64,000 nucleotides of DNA from Pseudomonadota bacterium (GTDB lineage Bacteria; Desulfobacterota; Binatia; Binatales; Binataceae). The notes beneath the pieces are model-generated. The model did no database searches and was not told the DNA's origin. It was given only the letters and a program-made list of their open reading frames with translations. The stretch covers positions 103,733 through 167,732 of the forward strand of contig JAJPHI010000016.1 in assembly GCA_021325355.1 (NCBI GenBank), given 5' to 3'. Each line of letters starts with the position of its first letter. The first letter of the stretch is position 1. Both the position numbers and the translations under genes were made by a program. Positions 27,890 through 38,295 of this stretch are shown piece after piece.

Positions 27890-28987
27890 TTAGTGGGCGA
27901 GCGTCAGAAGTGCGCCGATACTCCCACCGCCGATCACCAGCCAGGCCGAATTCAGGCGAAAACGCAGCAACAGAACCGCGCTGGCGACGGCGAGAGCGAG
28001 TGTCGGCCAATCGACAATCGCGGTGCGTCCGAGCTGCCACGTCACCACGACCATCAGGGCGAAGGAGCCGGCGTTGACGCCGTCGAGAAAGGCTCCGGCG
28101 AGGCGTGAGCGGCGCACCACGGGCAGCAGCGGCCCGCTGATCGAAACGAAGAAGAACGCCGGCAGAAAAATGCCGATCGTGGCCGCGAGCGCGCCGAGAT
28201 TGCCGCCGAGCAGATAGCCGACAAAGGTCGCGGTGGTGAAGACCGGTCCGGGGGTGAACTGACCCACTGCGACGGCGTCGAGCAACTGTGCCTGGGTTAA
28301 CCAGTGGGTACGATCCACCAGATCGGCCTGCAGAAAGGCGAGAAGCACATAGCCGCTGCCGAAGAGTACCGCGCCGATCTTCAGGAAGATCAGAAAAAGC
28401 GCGCCGAGCGCGAAAGGTGCAGCGGTGGCGGCACCAGCCTTGACCGCGGTGGCCGAGGCGGCAACGACGGCACTCAAACCCTCGCGCATCCGCAGCGTCA
28501 GGATCGCCAGGACACCAGCGCCGAGCAGCACGATCATTTCGTCGACACCGAAAAACGCCGCCGCGGTCGCGACTATCGCCAGTAAGATCAAAGTCGGCGT
28601 GTGCAGAGCCACGCGGCCCAGACGCCAGATTGCCTGCAGGACCACGGCGATAATCACCGGCTTGATCCCATAGAGCACACCGGCAGCCGTTGGCAGATGG
28701 CCGAAGCGGACATAAGCCCACGCCAGGACGATCGTGATCGACGCCGCCGGGACGATGAACGATATGCCGGCGACCAGCAGGCCCACGAAACCGGCCCGCC
28801 GATGGCCGATATGGATCGCCATCTCGGTGGAATTCGGACCCGGGATCAGATTGCAGGCGCTGATCATGTCGAGGAAGGCTTCGCGCGTAAGCCACTGTCG
28901 GCGGCGAACGACCTCGTCCTCCATCATCGCGATATGCGCGGCCGGGCCGCCGAAAGCGGTCACGCCGAGACGAAAGAAAAGGCGCAT
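27890..28987 (-). CDS. chrA: chromate transporter ChrA (CHR family, two-domain long form)
   Basis: FRLGVTAFGGPAAHIAMMEDEVV...PGPNSTEMA and the repeated second half are present. The start was trimmed to 28987 to avoid a 64-bp overlap with the upstream gene. Confidence 0.85.
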   Translation of the reverse strand: MRLFFRLGVTAFGGPAAHIAMMEDEVVRRRQWLTREAFLDMISACNLIPGPNSTEMAIHIGHRRAGFVGLLVAGISFIVPAASITIVLAWAYVRFGHLPTAAGVLYGIKPVIIAVVLQAIWRLGRVALHTPTLILLAIVATAAAFFGVDEMIVLLGAGVLAILTLRMREGLSAVVAASATAVKAGAATAAPFALGALFLIFLKIGAVLFGSGYVLLAFLQADLVDRTHWLTQAQLLDAVAVGQFTPGPVFTTATFVGYLLGGNLGALAATIGIFLPAFFFVSISGPLLPVVRRSRLAGAFLDGVNAGSFALMVVVTWQLGRTAIVDWPTLALAVASAVLLLRFRLNSAWLVIGGGSIGALLTLAH

Positions 28988-29061
28988 CAGTTCGACCAGC
29001 TCGCGAACGCGGTCAGACTCGACGACGAGACTGCGGATACCCGAAAGGGACAGGTCCAAAA

Positions 29062-29592
29062 TCAGCTTCCAGCCGGGGGCAGGACGAGAATCTGCCCACT
29101 CATCTCGGGCTGATGGCGCAGGCATTTGAACTCGATCAAGCCGACGCGATGGAAGGTGAAGACCCAGGAGGTCCGGGTCAGCGGCGGCAGCTTTTCGTAC
29201 ATCAGCACCTTGAGGTCGGGGCCAATCAGAGCGAAGTCATGTTCGTCGTCCGGCTGCAGATTCCAGAATTCAATCTGGGTGGGCTCATCACGATGAACGG
29301 CAATAAAAGTCGGGCTGAAGGTGTACACCTCACCGAATTTCCTGACGGTGGCCGCAGGACCCTTCTCTTTGACGGCCACCGCCTCGGTCACCACGGTTAT
29401 TCCTGCTTCGGCGGCGCCGGTCGGCACGACCGAAACCACCTGGGCAGCCGCGCCCGACGGCAGAAAGAAGGGGCCGGTCCGCGCCGTAGTCGCGGCGGTT
29501 GCGCTGCTGGCGCCGACTATCGCGCACAGCAGCAACGCCAGCATCAATCGGCGGATGGCGCGCCGGAACTCGGGGACCGAGAAGAGGGTCAT
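29062..29592 (-). CDS. cupredoxin-like (type 1 blue-copper site) secreted protein
   Basis: Signal peptide, then a C-terminal FKCLRHQPEM (C-x2-H-x3-M) with an upstream His (FIAVHRDE), the ligand pattern of amicyanin/pseudoazurin-type sites. Confidence 0.55.
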   Translation of the reverse strand: MTLFSVPEFRRAIRRLMLALLLCAIVGASSATAATTARTGPFFLPSGAAAQVVSVVPTGAAEAGITVVTEAVAVKEKGPAATVRKFGEVYTFSPTFIAVHRDEPTQIEFWNLQPDDEHDFALIGPDLKVLMYEKLPPLTRTSWVFTFHRVGLIEFKCLRHQPEMSGQILVLPPAGS

Positions 29593-29646
29593 CTTCGGCG
29601 GCGGGGCGGGCAGGAGCGCTATCGCCGGGTCCTTCACGGAGCGGTT

Positions 29647-32600
29647 TCAGGTCGGAGAGGTATCGCCGAGCGCGGTGAGGTCGGGGACCACGCCGGGCAG
29701 GCCGAGGAGGCGGGCAACGCCGTTAAGCGGCATGAAGACCCAGGAGGGTCGGTTATCGAGCTCGTAGCCAAGTTCATAAATCGCCTTCTCGGTGATGAAG
29801 ACCTCGAGCAACATGCTCAGTTCAGAGCGATCGCGCGGCACACAGGGAGCGTCATCGACGGTTTCGAGGTAGCCCCGCAAAAACGCCCACGAGGCCCAAG
29901 TATCCCAGAAGCGCGCCCATGGTTCGAGCGCCGCAAAATCCGCGTTGCCAAGGCGCCCAAGCTTGATCTGATTGGTCAGTTCGAACAGCGCCGCGTACTG
30001 AAATGATCGCACGACGCCGGCGACGTCGCGCAGCGCCGCGCGTTTCAATCTGCGCTCGGACAGCGGGCGCGCGGTTTCTCCCTCGAAGTCAATGATGAGA
30101 AAATCATTGCCGGTGAAGAGCATCTGTCCCAGATGGAGATCGCCGTGGCAGCGCATCCGGACCACGCTGCAGGGTCGTTTGAGGAAGTTCTCGAAGCGCG
30201 CAGCCAGCCCGTCCTGATGGGCAACGATATCGTTCACGATGGGGCGCAGCTCCGCCGCTAAGCTGCGCTGCCGTCCCTGCAGCAGGCGCATCGCGCGACC
30301 CAAAAGATTGCGCATCGATTGGTAGACTGATCGTCGATAGAGGGTGGTGAACGGTTCCGGCGCGAAGTTCGGGTCAGTGCGGTCGGAGAGTAGCGCAAGA
30401 TGGAGCTCACCGACCCGTCGGCCCATCAGATGACCGATATCGAGGTAGCCGCTCATGATTTCGGCCGCCTGCGCATCAGGTTCAAGGCGCTCGAGCAAAT
30501 CGGGCAGCGGCGGGGCGGACGGCGCGCTGGTCCTCACTCGGGTCACGGCGTGCTCGAAGTAGGACTGGAGCTCGCGCAGGCTGAGCTCCCAGGCGTCGCC
30601 CTGATTCGGCACGAACGCCTGCAGAATCGCGAGGCCGAACGGGGGCGCTCCGGCCGATTTGTAATCGAGCCAGCCGAGCAGCGGCGGAACATGCGGAAAA
30701 CGGGCCCGCTCGGTGAGGAAGCGGCCGATTTCGACATCAGGGTTGACGCCGCTTTCGATCTTCCGCACCAGCTTGAGAATCATCCTGTCGCCGAAGACGA
30801 TCGAACTATTGCTGTGCTCGGCCTTGAGCAGCCGCGGCTCCAGGCTCGGTTCGGTCCAGAGCTCCTCGGGATGGGCGCGCGTTATACCGCCCAGGAGTTC
30901 ACTCTGGTCGCGCTTTAATCCGCGATGCTGTCGAATGAGCGCGAGAATCTCTCTGGCAAAATCGGGATTGACCGTCGCATCGTAGAGGAGCCGCGCGGAA
31001 TCGGCGGCAGCCTCTCGCGACGGCGAATAAAGCTCGGCGACCACGTGCAGCGGCCATTGCTGTCGAATCTCGGCCGCCCGATCGCCGGCGGCCAGCGCCA
31101 GCGGCAGGAGATAGGTTTCCGGCTCGCCGTTGGTGTACTCGACTTCAATGAGAGCGAGCCGGTTGGAATCTTCCTCTTCGCGAAGGGGTACGGCTTCCTT
31201 AATCGACGCACCCTTGATCGTGCGCGCCTTGCTGCGAAACCATCGCGCGCTCAAAAGATACTGTGGCAGCGAGCGCTTAAGAGCATCCTGTAAAACGCGA
31301 CTATTGAACGGATCGCGCAGATCGACTGCTATCCGCGGAATTTCATACTGCGTCATCCGCACCGCCGCTTCGGTAGTATCCTGGGTCTGCAGCGCAAACC
31401 AGAGAAAACCATGCGGTCCGAGCGTCAGAAGATAAGGCAACTCACCGATCGCCGGAAACCTCGCCTGACTGAACAGCTCGACCGGAATCATGTTCCTGAA
31501 GCGCGAGAGGTCCAGTTCGACGTACTGCACAAAGCGCGACAGGTTGGCGACGACCAAAACCAGCTCGTCTTCGTACGCGCGCACGAAAGCCAGTACTCTG
31601 GGATTTTCAGGGCGTAAAAAATCAATCGAGCCGCGGCCGAAGGCTTTGAACTGACGGCGCAACGCGAGCAGCCGACGCATCCACCACAGCAGCGAGTGTC
31701 GATTGCACTCCTGAGCTTCGACGTTGATTGCCTGATAGTGATACTCGGGATCGATGACCACCGGCAGGATGAGCCGTTGCGGATTGGCGTGAGAGAAGCC
31801 AGCGTTACGATCGGCGCTCCATTGCATCGGCGTGCGCACGCCGTCGCGATCGCCCAGATAGACATTATCGCCCATGCCGATCTCATCGCCGTAGTAGATA
31901 ACCGGCGTGCCCGGCAGCGACAGGAGCAGGCCGTACATCAGTTCGATCGTGCGGCGGTTGTTGTTGAGAATCGGTGCAAGGCGCCGTCGGATGCCAAGGT
32001 TGACCCGCATCTGCGAATCGCGGGCGTAGGCGCGGTACATATAGTCGCGCTCCTCGTCGGTCACCATCTCGAGCGTCAGTTCGTCATGATTGCGGAGAAA
32101 AAGCGCCCACTGACAACTGCTATCGATCGCCGGCGTCTGCGCCCATATGTCAGTCAACGGGAACCGATCCTCCATGCGGATGGCCACGAACATCCGGGGC
32201 ATCAACGGAAAATGAAATGCCATGTGGCATTCCTTGCCGTCGGCGAAATAAGCGGCGGCGTCCTCCGGCCACTGGTTAGCCTCCGCGAGCAGCATGCGAT
32301 CCTGAAAGCGCGAATCGATGAATTTGCGCAATTCGCGAAGATAGGCGTGGGTTTCAGCGAGATTCTCGCAGTTGGTTCCGTCGCGCTTGTACAGATAAGG
32401 GACGGCGTCGAGGCGCAGACCGTCCACGCCCATGTTCAGCCAGAACGCGACGACGCGGAAGATTTCGCGGCGCACCGCGGGACTGTCGTAGTTCAGATCC
32501 GGCTGATGGGAATAAAAGCGGTGGAAATAATAGGCTTTCGCGATCGGGTCCCAGGTCCAGTTCGAGAGCTCAAAATCCTGAAAGATGATGCGCGCCTCGC

Positions 32601-33033
32601 GATACTGTTCCGCGGTATCACTCCAGATGTAGAAATTCCGCTCGCGCGAGCCGGGCGCGGCGCGGCGGGCGCGCTGAAACCAGGGATGCTGGTCGGAGGT
32701 ATGATTGAGAACGAGCTCCGTCACCACGCGGAGCCCCCGGCGATGGGCTTCGCGGATCAGGGCGCGAAAATCCGCGAGCGATCCGCAATCGGGATGCACG
32801 CTGAAATAATCGGAAATATCGTAGCCATCGTCGCGCAAGGGTGACGGATAGAACGGGAGAAGCCACAGAGTCGTTATTCCCAGCGATTGCAGATAATCGA
32901 GCTTGGAGAGCAATCCCTGAAAATCGCCGATACCATCGCCATTGCTGTCAAAAAAGGAGCGGACGCGGACTTCATAGAAAACCGCATCCTTGTACCACTG
33001 CGGATCCGAAGGCAATGAATTGTCAGACTTCAT
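29647..33033 (-). CDS. treS: fused trehalose synthase / maltokinase (TreS-Mak)
   Basis: The N-terminal about 600 aa is a GH13 TreS (DAVFYEVRVRSF...GITTLWLLPF...RLDAVPYL). The C-terminal about 450 aa is a Pep2/Mak maltokinase domain. Total about 1128 aa. Confidence 0.9.
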   Translation of the reverse strand: MKSDNSLPSDPQWYKDAVFYEVRVRSFFDSNGDGIGDFQGLLSKLDYLQSLGITTLWLLPFYPSPLRDDGYDISDYFSVHPDCGSLADFRALIREAHRRGLRVVTELVLNHTSDQHPWFQRARRAAPGSRERNFYIWSDTAEQYREARIIFQDFELSNWTWDPIAKAYYFHRFYSHQPDLNYDSPAVRREIFRVVAFWLNMGVDGLRLDAVPYLYKRDGTNCENLAETHAYLRELRKFIDSRFQDRMLLAEANQWPEDAAAYFADGKECHMAFHFPLMPRMFVAIRMEDRFPLTDIWAQTPAIDSSCQWALFLRNHDELTLEMVTDEERDYMYRAYARDSQMRVNLGIRRRLAPILNNNRRTIELMYGLLLSLPGTPVIYYGDEIGMGDNVYLGDRDGVRTPMQWSADRNAGFSHANPQRLILPVVIDPEYHYQAINVEAQECNRHSLLWWMRRLLALRRQFKAFGRGSIDFLRPENPRVLAFVRAYEDELVLVVANLSRFVQYVELDLSRFRNMIPVELFSQARFPAIGELPYLLTLGPHGFLWFALQTQDTTEAAVRMTQYEIPRIAVDLRDPFNSRVLQDALKRSLPQYLLSARWFRSKARTIKGASIKEAVPLREEEDSNRLALIEVEYTNGEPETYLLPLALAAGDRAAEIRQQWPLHVVAELYSPSREAAADSARLLYDATVNPDFAREILALIRQHRGLKRDQSELLGGITRAHPEELWTEPSLEPRLLKAEHSNSSIVFGDRMILKLVRKIESGVNPDVEIGRFLTERARFPHVPPLLGWLDYKSAGAPPFGLAILQAFVPNQGDAWELSLRELQSYFEHAVTRVRTSAPSAPPLPDLLERLEPDAQAAEIMSGYLDIGHLMGRRVGELHLALLSDRTDPNFAPEPFTTLYRRSVYQSMRNLLGRAMRLLQGRQRSLAAELRPIVNDIVAHQDGLAARFENFLKRPCSVVRMRCHGDLHLGQMLFTGNDFLIIDFEGETARPLSERRLKRAALRDVAGVVRSFQYAALFELTNQIKLGRLGNADFAALEPWARFWDTWASWAFLRGYLETVDDAPCVPRDRSELSMLLEVFITEKAIYELGYELDNRPSWVFMPLNGVARLLGLPGVVPDLTALGDTSPT

Positions 33034-35020
33034 CAGCAGGCTCGACGCGAAAAATGTGTGCGGGTTGGATAAAAGGGTCAAGCCGAATATAGTTTTGCGC
33101 GGACCAGCGATAGCTCGCGCCGGTCAGCAGATCGGTCACGTTGTACGTGAGGCCGTCGCGCACGCCGAGCGCCTCGAGGGGAACAAAGCCGGTCGTGTGA
33201 TGCGGGTGGAACGGATCGAGGTTCACCGCGACAATTATTCGATTCTGACCGGCGTCGTCAGTCTTGAGATAGAGTAGAATATTGTCGTTGTCAGTATTGA
33301 GGAAGCGCAGGTTGAGGAACTGTTGCAGCGCCGGATTTTGCCGGCGGATACGATTTACCTGGGCGATGAATTCTCGGATGCCCGGTCGCGTGCGATCGCG
33401 CACTTTGATCTCATACTTCTCGGCGTTCAGATATTCCTCCGAATTCGGCAAAGCGTCTGCCTCGCAGAATTCGAAGCCGCTGTAGATGCCGTAGGCTGAA
33501 GACAACGTGGCAGCGAGAACGAGACGAATCTTGAACGCCGGCATGCCCCCGGTCTGAAGAAAAGGGGGCAGGATGTCCGGCGTATTGGTGAAAAAGTTCG
33601 GCCGGAAGTAATCCTTCGTCGGCGCCTGAGTCAATTCCGTCAGATACTCTGTGAGCTCCGCGCGCGAGTTGCGCCAGGTGAAGTAAGTATAGGACTGGTT
33701 AAAGCCGACCGCCGCAAGGAGCTTCATCATTTTCGGACGCGTGAAGGCCTCGGCCAGGAAGATGACGTCCGGGTAGCGCCGCCGAACGCTTTCGATGAGC
33801 CACTTCCAGAAGAACACGGGTTTGGTATGCGGGTTGTCGACGCGGAAAATGCGGATGCCATGTTCGATCCAAAACAACAGCACACGCAGTATCTCATTCA
33901 TCAGTGCCGCGCGATGCGGCCCGTCGAAATCGAGCGGATAGATGTCCTGATACTCTTTGGGCGGATTTTCCGCGTACATGATCGTGCCGTCCGGTCGATG
34001 CTTGAACCACTCCGGATGGTCGCGGACCCACGGATGGTCGGGCGAGCATTGCAGGGCGAAATCCATCGCGGGCTCGAGCCCGAGCTCATTGGCGGCGGCG
34101 ATGAAGCGCGCGAAGTCGGCAAAGTCGCCGAGGGCGGGGTCGAGGGCGTCGTGGCCGCCGAGGGCGTTGCCAATAGCCCACGGACTGCCGACCGCATCCG
34201 GTTCCGCGATCAGGGAATTATTCTTCCCCTTGCGATTGGTCTTGCCGATTGGATGAATCGGCGTCAGGTAGAGGACATCGAAGCCCATGTCGGCGATTTC
34301 GGGTAAGATTTTCTCCGCCTCGCGGAATGAACCGTAACGGGCGGGATCGTCGGTTTGCGAGCGCACAAAGAGTTCATACCACGCGCTGAAGCGTGCCTTT
34401 TCGCGATCGACGATCAATTCGAGCGGGGGGTTATAGGTGGTCGCGTCGTAGTGTTCCGCGGCGCGCAGCAGCGCTTCAGCGATATCGGGGCGGACGGCAA
34501 AAGCAAGGACGCTCGCATAGTCACCGGCATAGTTCCGCAGTAGGGACGCGAACTGGCGGAGCAGGCTCGAATCGGCCGGGCCGGCACGGCGTATCATGCG
34601 TTCGACAAGGCTCAGGCCGTCAAGCAGATGCGAGCGCAGGTCACGGCCGGCAGCAGCTTTTTTCTCGAAGCTCCAGAGCCAGGTGGCGAGCCGATCGGTC
34701 CAGGCTTCGACAGTGTAAAAATAACGGCCCGGGCGATCGGGGATGAAGACACCCTGCCAGCGATCGTTGCCGAGACTGGTCATGGGGACGTCGCGATAGC
34801 TTTGGTCGGTATCGGGACGATATTTCAGGGTGACGCGGATTACATCCGGGCCATCGCGGAAGGCGTCGGCTTCGACTATGCAAGGCTCGCCGACGATCCG
34901 TTTGACAGGATAACGACCATTATCGACGGACGGGGTTATGTCCTGAATCACGATATGACTGAAAGCTGTCTCGGGTTTTTGCGGCTGAGATTTCTGATCC
35001 GAAGCGACTGACTCGAGCAT
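33023..35020 (-). CDS. glgE: alpha-1,4-glucan:maltose-1-phosphate maltosyltransferase GlgE
   Basis: DUF3416-type N-domain plus a GH13 catalytic domain (FRVDNPHTKP, LAEAFTRP). 665 aa. Confidence 0.9.
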   Translation of the reverse strand: MLESVASDQKSQPQKPETAFSHIVIQDITPSVDNGRYPVKRIVGEPCIVEADAFRDGPDVIRVTLKYRPDTDQSYRDVPMTSLGNDRWQGVFIPDRPGRYFYTVEAWTDRLATWLWSFEKKAAAGRDLRSHLLDGLSLVERMIRRAGPADSSLLRQFASLLRNYAGDYASVLAFAVRPDIAEALLRAAEHYDATTYNPPLELIVDREKARFSAWYELFVRSQTDDPARYGSFREAEKILPEIADMGFDVLYLTPIHPIGKTNRKGKNNSLIAEPDAVGSPWAIGNALGGHDALDPALGDFADFARFIAAANELGLEPAMDFALQCSPDHPWVRDHPEWFKHRPDGTIMYAENPPKEYQDIYPLDFDGPHRAALMNEILRVLLFWIEHGIRIFRVDNPHTKPVFFWKWLIESVRRRYPDVIFLAEAFTRPKMMKLLAAVGFNQSYTYFTWRNSRAELTEYLTELTQAPTKDYFRPNFFTNTPDILPPFLQTGGMPAFKIRLVLAATLSSAYGIYSGFEFCEADALPNSEEYLNAEKYEIKVRDRTRPGIREFIAQVNRIRRQNPALQQFLNLRFLNTDNDNILLYLKTDDAGQNRIIVAVNLDPFHPHHTTGFVPLEALGVRDGLTYNVTDLLTGASYRWSAQNYIRLDPFIQPAHIFRVEPADEV

Positions 35021-35355
35021 AACGATTGCTTAGGGATGTTTTGCTGTCTGGTAAACCGCTGCTGAACCTTGTCTTAACGAGGCTTACGGTCGGCTCAGAA
35101 CTTGTCGTTGCTACGGTGACGGGAAACCGGGTAGCCAACGATATGCCAGATTACCGGAGGCGTTGATCGCAGACGAGTCAACGCGGCGCTTCGCAGATGC
35201 CGCCGCGCCTCGCGCGCTGTGCGGCTTGGCGGGCGGGCTGCCGCAGATTCGATTCGGTACAGGTGTTGCGAACGAACCATGCGTCGACTTCGCATCTACG
35301 AGCATCGGCGGGTGATCCGTCAGCGCGTGAAGTCAGCTTAGAAAGGAGTCTCAGT

Positions 35356-35550
35356 GTGAATCAAGATCAGCTCAAGGGAAAAATGCGCCAGCTCAGCGGA
35401 GAGATTAAGAAACGCTGGGGAAAAATGACCGACGACGATATCATGCAGGCGCAGGGCGATTTCGAGAAGCTCTGCGGCAAGATCCAGGAACGCAGCGGTG
35501 ACCGTCGCGAAGCGATCGAACACTGGCTGAAGTCGCAAGGCTTGTCGTAA
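35356..35550 (+). CDS. CsbD family stress-response protein (GTG start)
   Basis: VNQDQLKGKMRQLSGEIKKRWGKMTDDDI...GKIQERSG matches the CsbD repeat. A gaaaggag RBS sits 8 nt upstream. Confidence 0.75.
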   Translation: MNQDQLKGKMRQLSGEIKKRWGKMTDDDIMQAQGDFEKLCGKIQERSGDRREAIEHWLKSQGLS

Positions 35551-35695
35551 GCGTTCGGCCGCCTCCGCACAACGGGGGCGGCCAGCTCTTCCCGGTCCAA
35601 TAAGTGTTCTTAGTTGCGCCGGCTACAGGCAGAATAGCCTCAGGATAGGGTCTGTCGAGAATGAGACCCGGAAAGGCGCTTTTAGTCCGTCGGGA

Positions 35696-37504
35696 ATGAG
35701 CTGCCGAATCGAAGACTATGCTCTGATCGGAAATACGCAGACCGCCGCTCTGGTCGCCAACACCGGGGCGATAGACTGGCTGTGCATGCCGCGTTTCGAC
35801 TCGGCCGCCTGCTTTGCCGCTCTGCTCGGCGACGCCAGCCACGGTCGATGGCTGATCTGCCCGGCCGAAGGCGGCGCCCGGGTACGCCGCCAGTATCGCG
35901 GCGAGACCCTGATCCTCGAGACTGAGTTCGAGAGCGACTCGGGCAAAGTCACGCTCATCGATTTTATGCCGGTGGCAGAGCGCGGCGGCCGCGTCGATGT
36001 CGTGCGGCTGGTGCGCGGTGATCGCGGCGTGCTTAAGCTGCGCACCGAGATCGTCCTACGCTTCGACTATGGTCGCGTGATTCCCTGGGTCCGCGCGCGA
36101 CCGGACGGACTTATCGCGGTGGCCGGGCCCAATGCGGTGGCATTGCGCGCACCGGTGAGGCTTATCGGAAAAGATTTCACGACGGTGGGTGAGTTTTCAG
36201 TTGGTCAGGGGGAGACGATTCCTTTTGTCCTGACGTGGTATCCCTCGCATGAGCGGGAACCGCCGGCGCGCGATCCGCTACGGATGCTGCAGGAGACCGA
36301 AACGCGCTGGCAACATTGGTCGAAACTATGTACCGCGCGTGGCGCCACGCGCGACTTAATTATCCGCTCGCTTATCACCTTGAAGGCGCTCACCTTCAGA
36401 CAAACCGGCGGCATCGTGGCCGCGCCCACAACATCGCTACCCGAACGGATCGGCGGTCAGCGCAACTGGGACTATCGCTATTGCTGGCTGCGCGACGCAA
36501 CTCTGACCCTCTATGCGCTGCTGAGTTCCGGCTACCTGACGGAGGCCAAGGCGTGGCGGGCATGGCTTCTGCGCGCGGTCGCCGGCCATCCGAGCGAAGC
36601 CCAGATCATGTACGGTATCGCCGGCGAGCGGATGCTGCCGGAGTTCGAGTTGACCTGGCTGCCGGGGTACGAGGGGAGTCGGCCGGTGCGCGTCGGCAAT
36701 GCCGCTCACAACCAGCTTCAGCTCGATGTTTTCGGCGAAGTCGTCGACGCTCTGTATGTCGCGATGAAGCACGGGCTCAAGCCTGACGCGAATTCCTGGG
36801 AGGTCGTGAAGGCGATGGTCCAGTTCGTTGCGGATAGCTGGCAGCACGCCGACCACGGCATCTGGGAGATACGCGGCCGGCCGCGGCATTTCACCCATTC
36901 CAAGGTAATGGCCTGGGTCGCAATCGATCGGGTGATTAAGGCGGCGGAAAATTTTCACGTCGACGGACCGGTTGAAAGATGGCGCGAACTCAGGACGCGG
37001 ATTCATCGGGAAGTCTGTGAGCGCGGCTTCAACTCGAAGCGCAACGCGTTTGTGCAATCCTTCGGCTCGGACGAGCTCGACGCCGCCCTGCTGATGATGC
37101 CGCTGGTGGGCTTTCTGCCGGCTACTGATCCGCGGATGCTCGCGACGGTCGAAGCTATCCGGCGCGAACTTATGCAGGATGGCCTGGTGCAGCGGTATCA
37201 GACCTCGAGCGGAGTTGATGGACTGCCTGCCGGCGAAGGCGCGTTCCTGGCCTGCAGTTTCTGGCTCGCGGACAACTATGCGATGGCGGGTCGGACCGCC
37301 GAGGCGCGCGAATTGTTCGATTATCTGTTGTCGTTGCGTAATGACGTCGGTCTGCTGTCAGAGGAGTACGAACCGGCGAGCAAACGTCTGTTGGGAAATT
37401 TTCCGCAAGCCTTCAGTCATGTGTGCCTGATCAACACCGCCTACAATCTTGAGCGCGGCCTTGAGGCCGGCGAAAGCCCGGCCGTTTGCCGCGCGACGCG
37501 GTAG
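35696..37504 (+). CDS. glycoside hydrolase family 15 (glucoamylase/trehalase-like)
   Basis: N-terminal DYALIGN motif and an (alpha/alpha)6 catalytic core (WDYRYCWLRD, FWLADNYA). Confidence 0.85.
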   Translation: MSCRIEDYALIGNTQTAALVANTGAIDWLCMPRFDSAACFAALLGDASHGRWLICPAEGGARVRRQYRGETLILETEFESDSGKVTLIDFMPVAERGGRVDVVRLVRGDRGVLKLRTEIVLRFDYGRVIPWVRARPDGLIAVAGPNAVALRAPVRLIGKDFTTVGEFSVGQGETIPFVLTWYPSHEREPPARDPLRMLQETETRWQHWSKLCTARGATRDLIIRSLITLKALTFRQTGGIVAAPTTSLPERIGGQRNWDYRYCWLRDATLTLYALLSSGYLTEAKAWRAWLLRAVAGHPSEAQIMYGIAGERMLPEFELTWLPGYEGSRPVRVGNAAHNQLQLDVFGEVVDALYVAMKHGLKPDANSWEVVKAMVQFVADSWQHADHGIWEIRGRPRHFTHSKVMAWVAIDRVIKAAENFHVDGPVERWRELRTRIHREVCERGFNSKRNAFVQSFGSDELDAALLMMPLVGFLPATDPRMLATVEAIRRELMQDGLVQRYQTSSGVDGLPAGEGAFLACSFWLADNYAMAGRTAEARELFDYLLSLRNDVGLLSEEYEPASKRLLGNFPQAFSHVCLINTAYNLERGLEAGESPAVCRATR

Positions 37505-37526
37505 CCGCGGGCACGACGCCGCGGCG

Positions 37527-38180
37527 CTAAGGGCGCTGATCGCTGAGAGTAATCAAACCGCGCGCGAGCGCATAAAGAGTCAGTTGAACGCGATCCCTTA
37601 TGTTGAGCTTTTGAAAGATGTTGTTCAGGTGGACCTTGACCGTGCCTTCGGCAATCGCCAAGCGTTGCGCGACCTCGGAGTTCCTCAGGCCCATCGCGAC
37701 GTAACGCACGATCTCACTTTCCCGTCGCGTAAGTTGCTCATTGCCACCGCCGTCCCATTGGGTATTGAGCTTCTGTTGAACCTCCGAGGGGATCCAGACC
37801 ATCCCGGCCGCAACCGCCGCGATCGCATCAACGAGGGTCTCGACCGGAGCGGTCTTCTGAACGATGCCGCGTGCGCCCATGCGAAAGGCCGCGACGACGT
37901 CTTCGGTCCGATCACTTCCGGTGAAAACCACCACCCGGGTGAGCGTCGCGAGTGAGGCGATATCGTCGATCACCCACCGGTCCATTTTGAGGTCGAGCAG
38001 GAGGACGTCGCACGCCACCGCGGCTAAAGTGCCGGTCAGTTCATCGGCGCGCGCGACCTGCGCGACGACCTCGATATTCGGCGATCGATCAAGAAGGGAC
38101 TTGAGCGCCTCGCGAACCAGCGGGTGATCGTCGGCAATCACAACGCGAACCACTTTTTGCTTTGCGACCGCCATCTTCAC
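37527..38180 (-). CDS. LuxR/NarL-family response regulator
   Basis: Receiver domain (VVIADDHPLV, D...K) plus a C-terminal LuxR HTH (LTRRESEIVRYVAMG). Confidence 0.9.
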   Translation of the reverse strand: MKMAVAKQKVVRVVIADDHPLVREALKSLLDRSPNIEVVAQVARADELTGTLAAVACDVLLLDLKMDRWVIDDIASLATLTRVVVFTGSDRTEDVVAAFRMGARGIVQKTAPVETLVDAIAAVAAGMVWIPSEVQQKLNTQWDGGGNEQLTRRESEIVRYVAMGLRNSEVAQRLAIAEGTVKVHLNNIFQKLNIRDRVQLTLYALARGLITLSDQRP

Positions 38181-38295
38181 GTACTTCTAAGAGGGCACAC
38201 ACCACCTTAGTCAGTAATTAAAGCCTACACAACGTGCTATGAGCATCAGCCATCGACCTAGCGATAGCAGAGGCATCTTCCAGGCCAGGAAATTT

